Shown here: positions 7,493 to 16,656 of the stretch, in pieces
How the letters are laid out: the number at the start of each line of letters is the position of its first letter
How positions within the stretch are numbered: the first letter of the stretch is position 1
Assembly (NCBI GenBank): GCA_036273655.1
Contig: DASUHF010000035.1
Coordinates: 3,232 to 67,231, forward strand
Direction: 5' to 3'
Length of the DNA stretch: 64,000 nt
DNA from: Solirubrobacteraceae bacterium
GTDB taxonomy: Bacteria > Actinomycetota > Thermoleophilia > Solirubrobacterales > Solirubrobacteraceae
The notes under the pieces: generated by a model
What the model was told of the DNA's origin: nothing
What the model saw: only the letters and a program-made list of their open reading frames with translations
The model's database searches: none
Translations under genes and position numbers: made by a program

Positions 7493-9856
7493 ATGGCAAC
7501 GATGAAGGTCGCCCTCGTCTCCCCATATTCCTGGAGCTATCCGGGGGGCGTGACGAGACATATCGACGCGCTCGCGCACCAGTTCATGGCCGACGGCCAC
7601 GACGTGCGCGTGCTGGCGCCGTTCGATCCCGTCGATTTCGGCTCGACGGCACTGCATCGCGGCGCCCGTCCCGTGCCGACGACGCTGCCCGACTACGTGA
7701 TCGGGCTCGGCCGCACGGTCGGGATCAAGGCCAACGGCGCCGTCTCGAACCTGTCGATCACGCCGCAGGGCATCGCGCGCGTGCAGCGCGAGCTGCGGAG
7801 CGGCGGCTACGACGTGGTCCACATTCACGAGCCGGTCGCGCCGCTGACGAGCTGGTTCAGCGCCGCGCTGACGCCGCTGCCGCTGGTGGGCACGTTCCAC
7901 TCGTTCTCCGAGAGCCGGCTCACCAACGGCGTCGGAAACGCGTTCGGTACGCGGCTCGTGCTCAACCACCTGCACGTGCGGATCGCCGTGTCGCAGGCGG
8001 CGGCATGGACCGGGCGTCGGTTCTTCGGCGGCCACTACCGCGTGATTCCCAACGGCGTTCACCTCGACGAGACCGCGCTCGCGGCCGCCGGGCGGCCGAT
8101 CGGGGACAAGCTGCGGATCGTGTTCGTCGGCCAGGCGGTCGAGCGCAAGGGGCTGCCGCTGCTGATGCGCGCGTTCGAGGCGCTCCGTGAGCACATCCCC
8201 TGCGAGCTGACTGTGATCGGTCCGACGCGCGAGCAGCTCGAGCCGCTGATGCTCGATTCTGAGGGCGTGCGGCGGCTGGAGCACGTCGACGACGAGCGTA
8301 AGCGCATCGAGCTCGCGGCCGCCGACGTGCTGTGCGCGCCGTCGCTGCGCGGGGAGAGCTTCGGGATGGTGCTGACCGAGGCGTTCGCGGCCGGCACGCC
8401 GGTCGTCGCCTCCGACATCGCCGGCTACCGCGACGTCGTGCGCAATGGCATCGACGGGGTGCTGGTGCCGCCCGCCGATGCGCAGGCGCTGGCCGAGGCG
8501 CTGCGAGATCTGTACGACGAGCCCGATCGGCGGGTCGCGATGTCGCGCGCCGCCGCCGACGACGTCCGCCGCTTCGCGTGGCCACAGGTCGCCTCCGAGG
8601 TGATGTCCGCCTACGCCGACGCGATCGCGACCCCGAAGCCGGCCGGCTCCGCCCAGCAGCTGTCGGTCGCGGTCGGCTTGAAGGCCGCCGATCTCAAGCC
8701 CCACGTGCCCGCTCGCCGGCTGCCGTCGCTCGAGCCCAAGCCCGTCGCCAGGCGCCGGCCGGTCGTGACGGCCGTGCGCCGGGTCGCGCTGACCGCGTTC
8801 TCGATCGGCGTGATCTACCTCGTGTGGATGGCGCTGAAGAAGATCGGCATCCAGAACATCGCCAACGCGGTCGCCACCTCGAGCCCGTCCTACGTCCTCC
8901 TTGGCCTGCTGATCATGTGCTCCGCGATGGCGATGCGGGCGGTCTCGTGGCTTGCGATCCTGCGCGCCGCGCTGCCCAAGGCCGCGGTGCGATTGTCGGA
9001 CTCGATGCAGGGCACGTTCATCGGCGTGCTGATGTCGGCGACGTTACCCGCGCGTCTGGGCGAGCCCTCGCGCGCGCTCGTGATCGCGCGCCGCACCGGC
9101 CGTCCGCGGGAGAACCTGCCGATCGTGCTCGGCACGGTCGTGTCGCAGACGCTGTTGAACATCGTCGCGCTGATCGTGCTCGGTGCCGTGATGTTCACGT
9201 CGGTCGATCTGTTCTCCGGCCACGAGCACGTGCTGCTGTTCGCTGCGATCGCCCCCGCGGCGCTGCTGGTGGCGGTGCTGCTCGCGCCCCTGCTACTGCG
9301 CCACGGCGCGGCGGGGACGCGCTCGGCGCGCGTGACCGCGGCACTGCAGTCCGCGCGACGCGCGATGACTCGCGTCCGCGCCGGGTTGCTCGTGTTCCGG
9401 CTCCCGAAGCTCGGCGCGATCGCGACGTTCGCGCAGCTGGCGGCGTGGGCGCTGCAGTGGCTGTCGTGCTACACGCTGCTGGTCGCGCTGGGCCTGAACC
9501 ATCAGGCCGGGCTCGCGGCGGCGGCCGCGGTCCTGTTCGCGGTCAACATCACCGCGGTGGTCCCGGCGACGCCGGCCAATCTCGGCGTCTTCCAGGCCGC
9601 TTGCGCGACCGTCTTGCACACCGGCTGGCACGTCGGCATCGGTACCGGCGTCGCCTACGGCGTGATCCTCCAGGCGGTCGAGATCACGACCGCGATCCTG
9701 ATGGGCGCACCGGCGCTGCTGAAGGAGGGCATGTCCTGGCGCGAGGTGCGGCTGCGGGCGATGCACGCCACGCCGGTCAAGCTGCCGGCGCGGCCGCAGC
9801 GTTCCGGACGGTCGGGGCGGTCCGGGCGGCGGGCCGGGGCCGAGGCGAACGTCTGA
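7493..9856 (+). CDS. fusion protein: GT4 glycosyltransferase (PimA-like) plus lysyl-PG-synthase-type flippase-like TM domain
   Basis: 787 aa. N-terminal half has MKVALVSPYSWSYPGGVTRHIDALA and ESFGMVLTEAFAAGTPVVASDIAGYRD (GT4 EX7E region). C-terminal half (from about aa 440) is polytopic membrane, resembling the MprF/UPF0104 TM region. Confidence 0.8.
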   Translation: MATMKVALVSPYSWSYPGGVTRHIDALAHQFMADGHDVRVLAPFDPVDFGSTALHRGARPVPTTLPDYVIGLGRTVGIKANGAVSNLSITPQGIARVQRELRSGGYDVVHIHEPVAPLTSWFSAALTPLPLVGTFHSFSESRLTNGVGNAFGTRLVLNHLHVRIAVSQAAAWTGRRFFGGHYRVIPNGVHLDETALAAAGRPIGDKLRIVFVGQAVERKGLPLLMRAFEALREHIPCELTVIGPTREQLEPLMLDSEGVRRLEHVDDERKRIELAAADVLCAPSLRGESFGMVLTEAFAAGTPVVASDIAGYRDVVRNGIDGVLVPPADAQALAEALRDLYDEPDRRVAMSRAAADDVRRFAWPQVASEVMSAYADAIATPKPAGSAQQLSVAVGLKAADLKPHVPARRLPSLEPKPVARRRPVVTAVRRVALTAFSIGVIYLVWMALKKIGIQNIANAVATSSPSYVLLGLLIMCSAMAMRAVSWLAILRAALPKAAVRLSDSMQGTFIGVLMSATLPARLGEPSRALVIARRTGRPRENLPIVLGTVVSQTLLNIVALIVLGAVMFTSVDLFSGHEHVLLFAAIAPAALLVAVLLAPLLLRHGAAGTRSARVTAALQSARRAMTRVRAGLLVFRLPKLGAIATFAQLAAWALQWLSCYTLLVALGLNHQAGLAAAAAVLFAVNITAVVPATPANLGVFQAACATVLHTGWHVGIGTGVAYGVILQAVEITTAILMGAPALLKEGMSWREVRLRAMHATPVKLPARPQRSGRSGRSGRRAGAEANV

Positions 9857-9898
9857 GCGGCCTGGGCGGCGGGTTGCGCGACGCCCCCGGGTGGCCGG

Positions 9899-10543
9899 TC
9901 AGGGTTGCCGGCCGACGATCACGTCGTTGACGAGCTGCGGGCCGAACAGGCCGTGGCCGGCGACGCCGGGGATCGAGTCCAGCCAATTTGCGAGCGGGCC
10001 GGGACCGTTGTCGATCGGCCCGACGTAGTCGGCGAGCACGCCGCCGTCGGGCGTCGGTGGCGCGTTGTCACGGAGGCGGGCGTTTTGGAGCTCGCGCAGC
10101 GTCGACGCGAGGCCGAAGCGCTCAAGCTCGAGCGGCACCGGCGGGTGCAGGGCGTCGACGAGCTTGTCCGCGGACGCGATCACGACGAAGCGGTCGGCCG
10201 CGGCGGCGACGATCTTCTCGCGCAACTGGGCGCCGTGGCCGCCCTTGATCGCCCAGTGGTCGTCGGTCACCTGGTCGGCACCGTCGATCGCGATGTCGAG
10301 CCGATCGAGCGCGTCGAACGGCTCGACTTCGATCCCCAGCTCGTGCGCGCGCTGCTCGGTCTCCGGCGAGGTCGCGACGCAGCGGAGATCGGGGACGTGG
10401 CGGGCGGCGAGCGCGTCGAGCAGCCAGGCGACGGTGCGCCCGGTGCCGAGGCCGACGCGCATCCCGGGCTGCACCAGGGCCGCCGCCTGTTCGCCGGCCC
10501 TGCGCATCTGTTCAAGTTGAGTCAGAGGTTTTGCGTTCGTCAC
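9899..10543 (-). CDS. rpiA: ribose-5-phosphate isomerase A
   Basis: LTQLEQMRRAGEQAAALVQPGMRVGLGTGRTVAWLL, IAIDGADQV and KGGHGAQLREKIVAAAA are RpiA blocks. GTG at 10543 is preferred; an ATG at 10507 is possible. Confidence 0.85.
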   Translation of the reverse strand: MTNAKPLTQLEQMRRAGEQAAALVQPGMRVGLGTGRTVAWLLDALAARHVPDLRCVATSPETEQRAHELGIEVEPFDALDRLDIAIDGADQVTDDHWAIKGGHGAQLREKIVAAAADRFVVIASADKLVDALHPPVPLELERFGLASTLRELQNARLRDNAPPTPDGGVLADYVGPIDNGPGPLANWLDSIPGVAGHGLFGPQLVNDVIVGRQP

Positions 10544-10646
10544 CGTGCTGTCAGACCTTGGGTGGGACGCTCCACAGCATGGCAGCGCAAGCCGATGCTG
10601 GGCACAAAACGCTCGTATATCGAACGTTTGATGCCCAGCTGTCGGG

Positions 10647-11306
10647 TTGGCAGGGAGGCAGCATGGGGTGTTCGCGTTGCGCCAGGTCCCGGAGCACGCC
10701 CAGGCGGTGCGGCGGCGGGAGCGGGCCGGGCGGCTGTTCGGCATCCACCACGGCGTCTACGCGCTCGTCCCCCGCCGGCTGCTGAGCCGCGAGGGCCGCT
10801 GGCTGGCGGCGGTGCTGGCCTGCGGCGATCGGGCGGCGCTCAGCCACCGCTCGGCTGCCCACCTGCACGAACTGCGGGCGACGACGCGCAGCGGGATCGA
10901 GGTGATCGTCGTGGGACGCACCGCCCGCCGGCACCCGGGCATCGAGCTGCACCGCTCGGCGAACCTCACGACCGACGACCTCACCGAGGTCCACGGCATC
11001 CCCGTGACGACGGTCGCCCGGACGCTGCTCGACCTCGCGGCGGTCGTGCCGCTGCGCCACACGGCCTGCGCACTGCACCGGGCTGAGCTGCTGGGGGTGC
11101 TCCATGTCCGCGCGATCGCGCGGCTCCTGGCCGCCTGGCGCGCCGCCGGCGGTCCCGAGCCCGAATGCAACGCCTACGTCGACCCGGGCGACCGCGGCCC
11201 GCCGCTCCGGCCCGACTTCGTGTGGCGTGACGCCAACGTCGCGGTCGATCCGCCTCGTGCAGACGCTGATCGCCAGCCGACGCTGATCGTCAGGCGTCGG
11301 CCATGA
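10647..11306 (+). CDS. DUF559-family protein, degenerate copy (internal deletion and missing C-terminal nuclease-like core)
   Basis: The N-terminal two thirds align with the full-length paralogue at 55661..56698 (HGVYALV, LSHRSAA, GIPVTTVARTLLDLAA). It ends at PDFVWRDANVAVD, where the paralogue continues VVVEFDSGQHH...GWTVIRITW. Its 3' end overlaps the metH stop. Confidence 0.6.
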   Translation: MAGRQHGVFALRQVPEHAQAVRRRERAGRLFGIHHGVYALVPRRLLSREGRWLAAVLACGDRAALSHRSAAHLHELRATTRSGIEVIVVGRTARRHPGIELHRSANLTTDDLTEVHGIPVTTVARTLLDLAAVVPLRHTACALHRAELLGVLHVRAIARLLAAWRAAGGPEPECNAYVDPGDRGPPLRPDFVWRDANVAVDPPRADADRQPTLIVRRRP

Positions 11307-14300
11307 CCGGCTCGCCCGCGCCCTCGCCCTCGCCGCCGGTCGCGGCGCGCTGATCGGGGTCGGAGTCGGGCAGCTCGTCCAGCAGCGTCGGATCGCGCTC
11401 GGTGCCGGCGATCAGCTCGTCGCCGGCGGTGCGCTCGATCGGCTGCAGGCGGCCGGAGCGCATGCCGAAGTAGATCGCCTGCGGGTGGTGGGCGACGATC
11501 GCGAGCGTCGACTGCTCGGGCTCGACCGCGTGACCGCCCGACAGCGCCAGGCCGATCGACGGCGCGTCCAGCAGCCGGAACACCTTCTCGAGCTCTGACT
11601 GCTCGGGGCACGACGGGTAGCCCCACGAGTAGCGGCGGCCCTGCGACGCCGAGATCCCGAGATCCGAGCGGACGCGGGCATGCAGCCACTCGGCCATGCC
11701 CTCGGCGGTCTGCACGCCGAGTCCGTGCGTGAACAGCTGCTCGGCAAATTCTCCGTCGGCCTCCAGCGACGCCATCAGCTCGGTGACCTCCGAGCCCGCG
11801 GTCACCGCCTGCAGCGCCACCACGTCCACATCGCCGGACCCCACCGGTCGGTAGAAGTCGCTGAGGCAGATCCGGTCGTGGCGCGGCTGGCGTGGGAACA
11901 CGAGCCGCTCCAACTCCCTCTCGCCGGGAGCGTCCGGATCCCACACGATCAGCTCGTTGCCGTCGGCGTTGCACGGGAAATAGCCCAGCAGCGCCCGCGG
12001 ATGCAGGTAGGTCTGCTCGCGCCACATCCGCTCCAGACGCGGCTTGAAGTCGTCTCGGACGAGCGCCTCCCAGGCCTCGCCCTTGACGCCGCGCCCGCCC
12101 CAGTGCAGCTTGAACAGCACGTGCGTGTCGAGGTGGCGGTAGACCTCGTCCATCGGCACCTCGAGCTCGCGCACGCCCCAGAACGGCGGCGACGGCACCG
12201 CAACCTCCACCGACGCGTCTGAGCGGACCGAGTCGTCGGTGACCGGCGGCGCGTCGTCCTCGGGCGCCTCCGGCTGCTCGCGCAGGCGCTTGGCGGCGGC
12301 GCGAACGTCGGCCACCAGCGTCTGGCGGGCATCGGAGTCGATCAGCTGGTCCATCTTCGCCAGCCCCTCGAACGCGTCCTTGCAGTAGAACACGCCCGGC
12401 TCGTAGACCTCGTCTGACTCGGTGCCGTTGGGGTAGAGGATCCGCAGGCCGAAGTTGCGGTTGATCGCGGCCCCGCCGATCAGCACCGGGTACTCGAGAC
12501 CCCGCGTGTGCAGCTCCTGCACCGCGGCCGGCATCTGCTTCGACGTCGACACCAGCAGCGCCGACAGGCCGATCGCGGTGGCGTCGTGCTCGACCGCGGC
12601 CTCCAAAATGGTGGAGATCGGGACCTGCTTGCCGAGGTCGACGACCGTGTACCCGTTGTTGGTGAGGATCGTGTTGACCAGCGACTTGCCGATGTCGTGG
12701 ACGTCGCCGAACACGGTCGCGACCACCACCGTCCCCTTCGTGTAGCCCTCGAGCTTGTCCAAATACAGCTCCAGTTGAGCGACGGCCTTCTTCATGACCT
12801 CGGCCGACTGCAGCACGAACGGCAGGATCAACTCGCCGGCGCCGAACTTGTCGCCGACCTCCTTCATCGCCGGCAGCAGCACGTCGTTCAAGGTGGGAAC
12901 GGCGCCGATCTTTTCCACCGAGCGGTCGATCCAGTCCTCGACGCCCTCCTTCTTGCGGCGCAGGATGTGGAAGTGCAGCGCCTCCTCGGGCTCCATGCCG
13001 AGCGTCGGGTCCGCGGCCGCGGCACCGTCATCGGCGTCCGACGAGCCCTTGGCCTCGAAGTGGGCGATGAACCGCTCGAGCGCGTCCTCACGACGGTCGA
13101 ACACGAGATCGTCGGCGAGCTCGCGCTCCACATCCGGGATCTCCGCATAGGGAGTGATGTGGTTGGGGTTGACCATCGCCAGGTCCAGCCCCGCCTCCAC
13201 GCAGTGGTGCAGGAACACGCTGTTCAAAACGCTCCGCGCCGCAAGCCCGACGCCGAACGAGACGTTGGAGACGCCCAGCGATGTCTGCACGCCCGGGATC
13301 TGCTGCTTGATCGCGCGGATCCCCTCGATCGTCGCGACCGCCGACGGCCGCCACTCGGGGTCGCCGGTCGTCAGCGTGAACGTCAGGCAGTCGAAGATCA
13401 GCGCGTCGCGATCGAGCCCGTGCTCCTCGCAGCACAGCGCGGTGATCCGCTTGGCGATCTCGAGCTTGCGCTCGGCGGTCTTGCCCATCCCGACCTCGTC
13501 GATCGTCAGCGCGATCAGCGCGGCGCCGTGCGCCTTGACGAGCGGTACGACGCGGTCGAGCTTGTCGCGCCCGGCCTCCAAATTCACGCTGTTGACGATC
13601 GCGCGGCCGGGGATCTGCTCGAGCGCCGTCTCGATCACGTCGGGCTCGGTCGAGTCGACCTGGATCGGCGCCGGCTGGGTCAGCGACACGCGCTTGACGA
13701 CCTGGCGCATCTGCTCGGCCTCGTCCTGGCGCTCGGTCAGCGCGACGCAGATGTCGAGCACGTGGGCGCCGCCGGTGACCTGGTCCTCGGCAACCGTCAG
13801 CAGCCCGTCGTAGTCGTCGGCGAGCAGCATCTCCTTGGCCTTACGCGACCCCTGCGAGTTGACCCGCTCGCCGATCAGCGTCGGTCGCGGTGCCTGGACG
13901 AGCGGCGTGGCGGCGATCATCGAGCTGACGTGGGCGGGGCGGCGCGCCGGCCGGGCCGAGACCGCGTGGCCGCGCACACGTTCGGCGATCGCCGCGATGT
14001 GCTCCGGCGTCGTGCCGCAGCAGCCGCCGACGATCGAGACGCCGTAGCGGTCGACGAACTCTCCGAGCACCTCCGCCAGCGGACCCGGCTGCTCGGGGAA
14101 GATCGTCTCGCCGTTGGGCCCCTGCAGCGGCAGGCCCGCGTTCGGGATACAGTGCACCGGGACCGAGCTGAACTCCCCGAGGAAGCGGATCGCGTCGCGC
14201 ATGTCCTCGGGGCCGGTCGAGCAGTTGAGCCCGACCACGTCGACCCGCAGCGCCTCGAGCGTCGCCAGCGCCGAGCTGATGTCGGTGCCGAGCAGCATCT

Positions 14301-14889
14301 TGCCGCCCTGCGGCAGCAGCGACACGCTGCACTGGATCGGCACCGCGCGCCCGGCCGCCGTAAACGCGTCGCGCGCGCCGAACACGGCCGCCTTGAGCTC
14401 GAGGATGTCCTGCGTGGTCTCGATGATGATCAGATCGACGCCGCCCTCGAGCAGGCCCGCGGACTGCTCGGCGAACACCTCGCGCAGCTGGGCGAACGTG
14501 ATTTGACCGAGCGTCGGATCGTCGGAGGCGGGAAGGAAGCCGGTGGGGCCGATCGAGCCGGCCACGAAGCGCTCGGCGCCGGCCGCGCGGCGGGCGATCT
14601 CGGCGGCCTTGACGTTGATCTCGCGCGTGTGGTCGGCCAGTCCCCACTCGCCGAGCTTGCACCGCGAGGCCTGGAACGTGTCGGTCTCAAGCACGTCGGC
14701 ACCGGCTTCGATCATCGACGCGTGCACGCCCTCGATCACGTCAGGGCGGTTGAGCACGAGCACCTCGTGGCAGCGCCCGGGAAGGCGGTAGTCGTGCTCG
14801 AGGCTGAGGTCAAACTGCTCGAGGGTGGCGCCCATACCGCCGTCGAACACGACGGTTCGCTCGCGGGTCGTCTGCAGGTAGTCATGCAT
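11290..14889 (-). CDS. metH: cobalamin-dependent methionine synthase
   Basis: 1199 aa covering all MetH modules: Hcy-binding (VVFDGGMGATLEQ), pterin-binding, B12-binding (ATVFGDVHDIGKSLV) and the AdoMet activation domain. Confidence 0.95.
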   Translation of the reverse strand: MHDYLQTTRERTVVFDGGMGATLEQFDLSLEHDYRLPGRCHEVLVLNRPDVIEGVHASMIEAGADVLETDTFQASRCKLGEWGLADHTREINVKAAEIARRAAGAERFVAGSIGPTGFLPASDDPTLGQITFAQLREVFAEQSAGLLEGGVDLIIIETTQDILELKAAVFGARDAFTAAGRAVPIQCSVSLLPQGGKMLLGTDISSALATLEALRVDVVGLNCSTGPEDMRDAIRFLGEFSSVPVHCIPNAGLPLQGPNGETIFPEQPGPLAEVLGEFVDRYGVSIVGGCCGTTPEHIAAIAERVRGHAVSARPARRPAHVSSMIAATPLVQAPRPTLIGERVNSQGSRKAKEMLLADDYDGLLTVAEDQVTGGAHVLDICVALTERQDEAEQMRQVVKRVSLTQPAPIQVDSTEPDVIETALEQIPGRAIVNSVNLEAGRDKLDRVVPLVKAHGAALIALTIDEVGMGKTAERKLEIAKRITALCCEEHGLDRDALIFDCLTFTLTTGDPEWRPSAVATIEGIRAIKQQIPGVQTSLGVSNVSFGVGLAARSVLNSVFLHHCVEAGLDLAMVNPNHITPYAEIPDVERELADDLVFDRREDALERFIAHFEAKGSSDADDGAAAADPTLGMEPEEALHFHILRRKKEGVEDWIDRSVEKIGAVPTLNDVLLPAMKEVGDKFGAGELILPFVLQSAEVMKKAVAQLELYLDKLEGYTKGTVVVATVFGDVHDIGKSLVNTILTNNGYTVVDLGKQVPISTILEAAVEHDATAIGLSALLVSTSKQMPAAVQELHTRGLEYPVLIGGAAINRNFGLRILYPNGTESDEVYEPGVFYCKDAFEGLAKMDQLIDSDARQTLVADVRAAAKRLREQPEAPEDDAPPVTDDSVRSDASVEVAVPSPPFWGVRELEVPMDEVYRHLDTHVLFKLHWGGRGVKGEAWEALVRDDFKPRLERMWREQTYLHPRALLGYFPCNADGNELIVWDPDAPGERELERLVFPRQPRHDRICLSDFYRPVGSGDVDVVALQAVTAGSEVTELMASLEADGEFAEQLFTHGLGVQTAEGMAEWLHARVRSDLGISASQGRRYSWGYPSCPEQSELEKVFRLLDAPSIGLALSGGHAVEPEQSTLAIVAHHPQAIYFGMRSGRLQPIERTAGDELIAGTERDPTLLDELPDSDPDQRAATGGEGEGAGEPVMADA

Positions 14890-14905
14890 CGATCGCGGAC
14901 CCTAG

Positions 14906-14935
14906 CAAACCTTGACACGGTTGTGGCAAGGTTTG
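14906..14935. promoter_or_regulatory. perfect 9-bp inverted repeat CAAACCTTG-N12-CAAGGTTTG in the metH / anti-sigma-kinase divergent region
   Basis: Read directly. It starts 17 nt upstream of the metH ATG (14889) and ends 52 nt upstream of the ATG at 14987. A TAGGGT -10-like hexamer (minus strand) lies 9 nt upstream of the metH ATG. Confidence 0.3.
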
Positions 14936-14986
14936 GTTTCGCGGCCGGACGCGTATCCTGGCGACAGCTGGGGTAACTACAGGAAT

Positions 14987-15412
14987 ATGCAGGCCGGGAC
15001 GACGACGTTTACGCGCAGTTATGAGGCCGAGCCGGCTTCGGTCGGGCTCGCTCGCGCCGAGCTCGCCGCCTTCGCAGCGCACGCCGGCGCCTCCGAGCCG
15101 CTGCTGGACGGCGTCCGCCTTGCCGTGTCCGAGGCCGTGACGAACGCCGTCCGTCACGCGTATCCCCTCGATCCCGGGGAGATCCGGGTGCACGCGAGCG
15201 TCGGTGGCGAGGCGCTCGACGTGGTGGTCGCAGACGACGGCTGCGGCGTGCACTCCGGCGATGACGGCGGCGGGCTCGGCCTTGGCCTGGCGGTGATCTG
15301 CGAGGTCTCAGACGAGATGACGCTGGCACCGCGCGCCGACGGCGGCACCGAGGTGCGGATGCGCTTCAGTCTGTTGGAGTCGGGCTCAGGCGCCCCGGTC
15401 GGTCCGCTCTGA
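14987..15412 (+). CDS. anti-sigma regulatory factor / RsbW-like Ser-Thr kinase (HATPase_c_2)
   Basis: VRLAVSEAVTNAVRHAY and DDGCGV...GGGLGLGLAVI motifs. AGGAA RBS before the ATG at 14987. Confidence 0.75.
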   Translation: MQAGTTTFTRSYEAEPASVGLARAELAAFAAHAGASEPLLDGVRLAVSEAVTNAVRHAYPLDPGEIRVHASVGGEALDVVVADDGCGVHSGDDGGGLGLGLAVICEVSDEMTLAPRADGGTEVRMRFSLLESGSGAPVGPL

Positions 15413-15592
15413 GGAGTCGGCCGCGGCCTTCGCGGGCGGCGGCGGCTCGAGCGACGTCGCAGACCGGAACTCGCGGATCGAACGCCCGACGGCGCGGCTG
15501 GCCTGGGGGAGCTTCTTGGGACCCAGGATGAGCAGGACGGCGAGCAGGATGATCAGCAGATGCGTCGGCTGCAGGATGTCGTGGGCGATCAC
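15386..15592 (-). CDS. tatA: twin-arginine translocase subunit TatA/E
   Basis: 68 aa. Single N-terminal TM helix followed by LGPKKLPQASRAVGRSIREFR. Confidence 0.9.
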   Translation of the reverse strand: MIAHDILQPTHLLIILLAVLLILGPKKLPQASRAVGRSIREFRSATSLEPPPPAKAAADSSERTDRGA

Positions 15593-15619
15593 CCTTTGCA
15601 GCGTACAGCCTCCCCGCGG

Positions 15620-16570
15620 TCACGCGGCGCCGTGCCCATTCGTTCGAGCGTGCCTGCGCCAGCGGCCCGGCGCGATCCCTTCGTGGCGCTTGAACGCGGC
15701 CGCGAACGAGAACTCGGATGCGTAGCCGAGCGACTGCGCGATCGCGGCGATTCCGTCGTTGGTGTCTCGCAGCCGTTCTCGTGCCAGCGCCATCCGCCAG
15801 CCGGTGACGTACGCCAGCGGCGTGACCCCGAGCTCGAGGCTGAAGCGGCGTGCGAACGCCGCACGTGAGAGCGACGCCCGCGCCGCCAGTTCCGCGACCG
15901 TCCAGGGATGTCCCGGATCGGCGTGCACAGCGCGCAGCGCCGGGCCGAGATGAGGGTCGCTGGAGGCGCGAAACCATGCCGGCGCCGCCGGCCGGTTGGC
16001 GGTGAAGTGCTCGCGCAGGATCTGGACGAACGCGACGTCGAGCAGCCGGTCGAGCAGCGTTTGCTGGCCCGGCTCGTCTTCGAGTAGCTCGCGCGCGATC
16101 AGATCCGTCGTGGCGCGCAGGGGGCCGCCGGCGGCCGGCTTGACCAGAAGCGTGGGGGGCAGCGATGAGATCAGGGCCACCGACAGATCCCCCTCGAACA
16201 GGTACGCGCCACAGAAGAACGCGGCAGCGGCCGAGCCGCCGGGGCGTTCGAGCACGAGATGACGGCCCGGCGAGTCGGCGGCGAGCTGTTCGATCGGCAC
16301 GCACGCGGCCCCGGCAGCGTGCGCGAGATGTTGCTCGGTCCGCTCGCGTACGAGCAACACGTCCCCCGGGCGGATCGTCATCGCATCGGCCGGGTCGCCG
16401 ACCCAGAACGTGACTTCGCCCCTGAGAACCGTGTGCAGCGTGGGGCCCGGCACGGCGGGCAGCGCGATCCCCCAGTCGCCGCGGACGCGGGCCCGCGCGA
16501 ACGCCGCGCCGCGGGCGCGCGAGCGGGTGAGCAGATCGGTGAGGACATCCATACCGAGAGACGATTTCAT
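15620..16570 (-). CDS. AraC-family transcriptional regulator with N-terminal cupin-like domain
   Basis: C-terminal WTVAELAARASLSRAAFARRFSLELGVTPLAYVTGWRMALARERL ... AQSLGYASEFSFAAAFKR (two AraC HTH units). Possible start at MDVLTDLL (16552). Confidence 0.85.
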   Translation of the reverse strand: MKSSLGMDVLTDLLTRSRARGAAFARARVRGDWGIALPAVPGPTLHTVLRGEVTFWVGDPADAMTIRPGDVLLVRERTEQHLAHAAGAACVPIEQLAADSPGRHLVLERPGGSAAAAFFCGAYLFEGDLSVALISSLPPTLLVKPAAGGPLRATTDLIARELLEDEPGQQTLLDRLLDVAFVQILREHFTANRPAAPAWFRASSDPHLGPALRAVHADPGHPWTVAELAARASLSRAAFARRFSLELGVTPLAYVTGWRMALARERLRDTNDGIAAIAQSLGYASEFSFAAAFKRHEGIAPGRWRRHARTNGHGAA

Positions 16571-16656
16571 ATGGATGGAAGCTGATCAAGCATGGACAGT
16601 CTGCGGCGGCCGCGATTTGCTGCTGAGGGTTGCTGATCGACCCAAGGAGCACTCAG

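Noticed and set aside
14913-14918. TTGACA on the plus strand as the -35 for the RsbW-like gene
   Set aside because: No TAnnnT-type -10 lies 16-19 nt downstream. The hexamer is part of the inverted repeat reported as a possible operator.
12508-14976. 822-aa plus-strand ORF antisense to metH. Similar long antisense ORFs are 20198..22621 (opposite glnN), 41280..43475 (opposite the VWA gene) and 7118..8704 (opposite the GT4 gene).
   Set aside because: All lie opposite genes with unambiguous homology. Their translations are dominated by R, G, D, L, A and V with no recognisable domains. They are classic stop-codon-poor shadow ORFs.
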